Below are positions 37,655 through 42,380 of a stretch of DNA of 42,380 nt, piece by piece; the first letter of the stretch is position 1, and every line of letters starts with the position of its first letter. The stretch comes from Gemmatimonadota bacterium (lineage in GTDB: Bacteria; Gemmatimonadota; Gemmatimonadetes; Gemmatimonadales; GWC2-71-9). The stretch spans positions 1 to 42,380 of the forward strand of contig JBDHKN010000039.1 of assembly GCA_039586365.1 (NCBI GenBank), given 5' to 3'. Below the pieces are notes generated by a model. It ran no database searches and was not told the origin of the DNA. It was given only the letters and a program-made list of their open reading frames with translations. The translations under genes and the position numbers were made by a program.

Positions 37655-39751
37655 ATGTCAGATCCAAGGCCTGGAGCATGGGGCTGGGTGAGCCATAGGG
37701 CCGCGAGACCCGCCCTGACCCTGGCTCTCCTGCTCCCGCTCCTCCCGGGCGCCGCCCTAACCCAAGAGGGCTCCCCTGCCACCCAAACCCGTCCGCTGGA
37801 AATACAGGATCTGTTTCAGATAAAGCGCGTGGGCGCACCGGTCGTGAGTCCTGACGGCGAGTGGGTGGCGTACACCGTCAGCACCAGTTCTCTGGATCCA
37901 GGGGAATCGGAGACCCGGATCTGGATGGTTCCCACCGACGGAGGCGATCCCCTCGCCATGACAGGCAAGGGATATTCGGCATCGAGCCCCAAGTGGAGCC
38001 CCGACGGCAAGTATCTCTCTTTCCTGGCCAGCAGGGGAGATAGCGCCAAGACCCAGGTGTGGGTGTTGGACCGGCGTATGGGAGAAGGGCAACAACTCAC
38101 TGAGACCAAGTGGGGGGTTAGCGGGTACGAGTGGTCCCCTGACGCGACCAAGCTGCTTCTCTCCATCCGGGATCCGGACCCCCTGGACACCCTTCCGGCA
38201 GACAAGAAGCCTAAGAACACCCCCCCTTGGGAAATCGACCGGCTGCAGTTCAAGCGTGACCGGGTCGGCTACCTGACCGGCGACCGCCGCACTCACCTTC
38301 ACGTGTTCGACCTGGCCACCAAGGCAGTCACCCAGATCACATCCGGGGACTACGATGCCTCGTCCCCCCAATGGAGTCCCGACGGGAGCCGCGTGGCCTT
38401 TGTGGCGAACCGCACCGAGAACCCTGACGGCAACTCGAACTCCGATATCTGGGTGGTGGCAGCCGACAACACTGATATGGGTGCCAACCTGATCCAAATC
38501 ACAACCAACCCCGGATCCGACAACAGCCCCGTGTGGAGCCCCGACGGGCAATCGATCGCCTACCTCACCATCACCGAACCGGATCTCATCTGGTACGCGG
38601 TGAATAAGCTGGCGCTGTCCACGGCCGACGGCAGTGGCGACGTTCGGATCCTAACCGGGGCACTGGACAGAAACGTGAGTTCTCCTCGGTTCAGCGCCGA
38701 TGGCCGCTCCATCTTCGTGCGGATCGAGGACTCGGCGGAGAATCACCTGGGTCGGGTGAACCTGCGGAACGGCCGGGTGGACCGGCGCGTTTCAGGGCAG
38801 CTGAGCGTAGGTGGCTACGACTTGGGGCCCCACGACGCAGTGTTCGTTTCGATCGCCCGCACGGACCTGCCCGGCGAGATCTTCGCCGCGGGCGACCGCG
38901 GCGAGCTGACTCAACTCACCAAGGTGAATGAGGCCTTCCTCGAGAAGCTTCGTCTGGGACAGGTCATCAACGCTACCTTCCCGAGCGCTGACGGCACGGA
39001 AGTCGAGGGGCTCTTTTATCTTCCACCGGGATACCAGGAGGGGTTGCGCTATCCGACCCTGCTGCGGATCCACGGCGGGCCGGTCTCGCAGTACTCCCAC
39101 TCCTTCAACTTCGAGGCCCATCTCTTCGCCGCCAACGGCTACGTGGTGGTGACCACCAACCCCCGCGGCTCATCGGGCTACGGGCAGGAGTTCAGCCACG
39201 CCCTCTGGGCCGACTGGGGTAACAAGGACTACGAAGACGTCGTTGCGGGAGTGGACTACGCCATTCAGCGGGGTTGGGCCGACCCGGACAGGCTGGGTGT
39301 TGGCGGCTGGTCGTACGGAGGAATTCTCACCGACCACGTCATCACCAAGACGGACCGCTTCAAGGCGGCTATCACAGGAGCCAGCGAGGTGCTCTACGTG
39401 ACCAACTACGGCCACGACCACTACCAGCTCCAGTGGGAGCAGGAGCTGGGGCTTCCCTGGGAGAATCGTGAGGCCTGGGAACGCATCAGTCCGTTCAATA
39501 AGGTAGAGAACATCACGACTCCGACCCTGATCATGGGCGGGGAGAAGGACTGGAACGTCCCCATCAACAACGGCGAACAACTGTACCAGGCGCTCCGGCG
39601 GCTGGGCCGGGAAACCCAGCTTGTGGTCTACCCGGGCCAGGCACACGGCCTGTCCCTGCCGTACCAGGTGGATCGTTATGAACGGTACCTCGCCTGGTAC
39701 GACAAATACGTCAAGCGAGCCAACGAACCCGTCGCCGCGGAAGGGAGGTAA
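37655..39751 (+). CDS. S9C (acylaminoacyl-peptidase-like) peptidase, secreted, copy 1
   Basis: WSPDG propeller repeats, IHGGP, NPRGSSGYG, GWSYGG, D in KDWNVP, H in QAHG. Confidence 0.93.
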   Translation: MSDPRPGAWGWVSHRAARPALTLALLLPLLPGAALTQEGSPATQTRPLEIQDLFQIKRVGAPVVSPDGEWVAYTVSTSSLDPGESETRIWMVPTDGGDPLAMTGKGYSASSPKWSPDGKYLSFLASRGDSAKTQVWVLDRRMGEGQQLTETKWGVSGYEWSPDATKLLLSIRDPDPLDTLPADKKPKNTPPWEIDRLQFKRDRVGYLTGDRRTHLHVFDLATKAVTQITSGDYDASSPQWSPDGSRVAFVANRTENPDGNSNSDIWVVAADNTDMGANLIQITTNPGSDNSPVWSPDGQSIAYLTITEPDLIWYAVNKLALSTADGSGDVRILTGALDRNVSSPRFSADGRSIFVRIEDSAENHLGRVNLRNGRVDRRVSGQLSVGGYDLGPHDAVFVSIARTDLPGEIFAAGDRGELTQLTKVNEAFLEKLRLGQVINATFPSADGTEVEGLFYLPPGYQEGLRYPTLLRIHGGPVSQYSHSFNFEAHLFAANGYVVVTTNPRGSSGYGQEFSHALWADWGNKDYEDVVAGVDYAIQRGWADPDRLGVGGWSYGGILTDHVITKTDRFKAAITGASEVLYVTNYGHDHYQLQWEQELGLPWENREAWERISPFNKVENITTPTLIMGGEKDWNVPINNGEQLYQALRRLGRETQLVVYPGQAHGLSLPYQVDRYERYLAWYDKYVKRANEPVAAEGR

Positions 39752-39753
39752 CC

Positions 39754-41847
39754 ATGAGCCAGCCAATTTCGCTTCCCACGCCCCGGGCCGCAGCATCGCA
39801 CCGGCTGCACAGCACTGGATTGCTTGGAGCATGCGCATTCATGTTCCTTGCGCTGGCGGCGTCCCTCACAGCCCAAACCACGCGCACACTGACCGTGGAC
39901 GATCTGTTCGCACTCAAGCGGGTGGGCAGTCCCGCCATCAGCCCGGAAGGGGCCTGGGTGGCTTACACAGTCAGCACCACGGACCTGGAAAAAGAGCGTT
40001 CCTCCACCGGCATCTGGATGGTATCCACCCAGGGAGGTGATCCCATCGCCCTCACCATGACCCACGAGTCCGCCTCCAACCCCGAGTGGAGTCCCGACGG
40101 CAAGTATTTGTCCTTCACGGCCAGCCGTGGAGAGGACGCTCAGTCTCAGGTTTGGGTGCTGGACCGGCGGGGAGGTGAAGCCCAGCAGCTCACCGAGGTG
40201 AAGCAGGGTGTGGGCGGCTACGAATGGTCCCCGGACGGGTCTAAGCTGCTCCTCACCATCCGAGACCCCGATACAACAGCGGCTTCCGCCGACTCCGGGG
40301 GTGGCAATCGCAACCGGGTCCGGGAACCCTGGGTCATCGACCGGCTCCAGATCAAGCGGGACGGCCGGGGCTATCTCACCGATACCCGCAAGACCCATCT
40401 CTACGTCTTCGACGTGAAGACCAAAGAGCTGACCCAGATCACCTCGGGCCGCTGGGACGAAGGCAGCCCTGCCTGGAGCCCTGACGGTAGCAGGATCGCT
40501 TTCGCGAGCAACCGGACTGACGATCCCGATGCAAACTCCAACTCCGACATCTGGGTGGTGGCGGCGAACAACACCGACAAGGGCGGCACCCTGACCCGCA
40601 TTACTGACTATGAGGGCGGGGACGGCAGTCCAACCTGGTCGCCCGATGGGAACTGGATCGCCTACACCACCGGCATCAACGACCCCCGTTACGGCGCCTT
40701 CGAAACCCGGCACTTGGCCGTCATCGCCAGCGATGGGAGTGGGGAGCGGAGGATTCTCACCGAGGCCCTGGACCGCAACGTGGGGTCGCCGGAGTTTACG
40801 CCCGACGGTAGCGGCCTCCTCGTCTCGGTGGCCGATGAAGGGGACGGCCATGTGGCTCGCATCGACGTCGAAACCGGGGCAGTGACCCGGCTCATTGCCG
40901 GGGAGATCCAGGCCTCAGGGTTCTCGGCAGGACCCGACGGACTTCTTACTACGGTGATCTCCGACCACCACACCCCCGGGGAGGTCTTCCTGCAGCGGGG
41001 CGATCAACGATCCCAGCTCACCCACGTGAACGACTCCCTCATGACGGGTCTGGACCTGGCCCCGGTCAGGAACATCCACTTCAACTCCGCCGACGGGACC
41101 CAGATAGAGGGATGGGTCTTCTTCCCACCGGGTTACCGGGAGGGGACCAGATATCCTACCATCCTGCGGATCCACGGCGGGCCCAACGGGATGTACGGGG
41201 TGAGCTTCAACTTCGAGGCGCAACTCCTGGCGGCCAACGGATATCTGGTACTCACCACCAACCCGCGGGGCTCATCCGGTTACGGCCGGGAGTTCGGGTT
41301 TGCCCTCTGGCAGAAGTGGGGGATCCCTGACTTCCAGGACGTCACAGCTGGAGTCGACTACGTCATCGCCCAGGGATGGGCCGACCCGGATCGCCTGGGG
41401 GTGGGAGGGTGGTCCTACGGCGGAATCCTCACCAACTACGTCATCACCAAGAGCAACCGGTTCAAGGCTGCCATCTCTGGGGCCAGCATGGGACTCCTAG
41501 TGGCCAACTTTGGGGTCGATCACTACCAGCTCGGCAACGAGCGGGAGTGGGGGTTGCCCTGGGAGAACCGGCAGATGTGGGAAGATCTCTCTGCCTGGAA
41601 TGACATCGACGAGGTAACCACCCCCACCATGTTCATGGGAGGTGAGTCGGACTGGAACGTTCCGGTCCTGAACTCTGAGATGATGTATCAGGCCCTTAAG
41701 CGTAGGGGGGTGGAGACGAGACTCGTGGTGTACCCGGGACAACCTCACGGGCTCAGGATACCCTCGTACAACAAACACCGCTACGAGGAGTACCTGGCCT
41801 GGTACGATCGATATGTTAAGGGAACGGGTGCGGTGGACGAACAATAA
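39754..41847 (+). CDS. S9C peptidase, secreted, copy 2
   Basis: Same architecture: GWSYGG, SDWNVP, QPHG; GGAGG RBS embedded in the end of the upstream paralogue. Confidence 0.93.
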   Translation: MSQPISLPTPRAAASHRLHSTGLLGACAFMFLALAASLTAQTTRTLTVDDLFALKRVGSPAISPEGAWVAYTVSTTDLEKERSSTGIWMVSTQGGDPIALTMTHESASNPEWSPDGKYLSFTASRGEDAQSQVWVLDRRGGEAQQLTEVKQGVGGYEWSPDGSKLLLTIRDPDTTAASADSGGGNRNRVREPWVIDRLQIKRDGRGYLTDTRKTHLYVFDVKTKELTQITSGRWDEGSPAWSPDGSRIAFASNRTDDPDANSNSDIWVVAANNTDKGGTLTRITDYEGGDGSPTWSPDGNWIAYTTGINDPRYGAFETRHLAVIASDGSGERRILTEALDRNVGSPEFTPDGSGLLVSVADEGDGHVARIDVETGAVTRLIAGEIQASGFSAGPDGLLTTVISDHHTPGEVFLQRGDQRSQLTHVNDSLMTGLDLAPVRNIHFNSADGTQIEGWVFFPPGYREGTRYPTILRIHGGPNGMYGVSFNFEAQLLAANGYLVLTTNPRGSSGYGREFGFALWQKWGIPDFQDVTAGVDYVIAQGWADPDRLGVGGWSYGGILTNYVITKSNRFKAAISGASMGLLVANFGVDHYQLGNEREWGLPWENRQMWEDLSAWNDIDEVTTPTMFMGGESDWNVPVLNSEMMYQALKRRGVETRLVVYPGQPHGLRIPSYNKHRYEEYLAWYDRYVKGTGAVDEQ

Positions 41848-42163
41848 GACAGGTAGCGTTGAGGTGGGGGGAGGGCGCTTGACCCGGAACCGGAAGTAGC
41901 AACTCGGCGGCCGAGTCACTCCACGTGGCCACAGGCTGCACTGGTGGTTGTTCGGGCGGGACTTCCTCCCAGCTGTCGGCATTGACGCGGCACCGAACGA
42001 CTGCGCCAGGCGGCGGGCCGCCAGGGCGTTGTGGGCCACCCCTCGCCTCGTTGCACAAGGCAGCACCGCCTGGCAAACTGCCCGCCAGCTGCACCCCGAG
42101 ACCGCCTAATCGGTAGGCAAAATGAGGTCCCCCGGCGGCACGACATCTGCTGCTGTCATATGG

Positions 42164-42192
42164 TTGTCCAGTGCGCCTGTGAACCACATAAT
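42164..42192 (+). promoter_or_regulatory. Possible sigma70 promoter
   Basis: TTGTCC-N17-CATAAT, about 40 bp upstream of the partial ORF at 42231. Confidence 0.35.
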
Positions 42193-42230
42193 AGGGCGCT
42201 CCGAACGAGTAGCGGACTGAGAGATAGCGG

Positions 42231-42380
42231 TTGGATATTTCAGACAACGCTCAGGCCATCCCAGCGGGTAGCACCCCGAGGCTCCACGAGGCTTTTCTCG
42301 AGCGAGCGGCGCATGCTGGCGTTTCGGAATCTGGCAGGAACGGCCTGGGGGCGTTTCTAACCCTGAGACTGGTGGACCAG
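42231..42380 (+). CDS. Partial CDS running off the window, possibly the N-terminus of a TPR-type protein
   Basis: Open frame from TTG: MDISDNAQAIPAGSTPRLHEAFLERAAHAGVSESGRNGLGAFLTLRLVDQ. The L.H..F...L.LRLVD pattern resembles N-termini I recall from Gemmatimonadota TPR proteins (unverified). Confidence 0.4.
   Translation, partial: MDISDNAQAIPAGSTPRLHEAFLERAAHAGVSESGRNGLGAFLTLRLVDQ

Noticed and set aside
14666..40851. Long antisense ORFs (14666-15874, 34470-35699, 39676-40851 and others)
   Set aside because: Shadow frames of high-GC genes on the opposite strand, with no motifs of their own.

Overview
A GC-rich bacterial chromosome segment. The gene repertoire (ADOP-type orphan permeases with PadR, Bor-like lipoproteins, many exported peptidases) resembles Gemmatimonadota or Acidobacteriota, which is an inference. 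Exported hydrolases dominate: three S9 peptidases, a CocE/NonD hydrolase, a putative esterase, an S41-TPR peptidase, two intact and one broken beta-lactamase-fold serine hydrolases, a VPS10/BNR propeller protein and HtpX. The window opens with the right end of an IS30-family element that appears to have cut a Shewanella-like metallophosphatase gene, and the left half holds several gene remnants. The most unusual items are: (i) a RidA protein with three fused domains and a possible signal peptide, next to a double-domain DsrC/TusE protein with rearranged cysteines; (ii) a PadR + permease-prefix ADOP module with a readable sigma70 promoter overlapped by two inverted repeats, followed by a 21-bp tandem array; (iii) heptamer tandem repeats sitting at gene boundaries; (iv) a lipoprotein with two copies of a Cys-containing PPG domain joined by four 41-aa RGD-containing repeats. 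No CRISPR array, rRNA or tRNA was seen. I cannot demonstrate a complete novel system from sequence alone; candidates are listed with tests.
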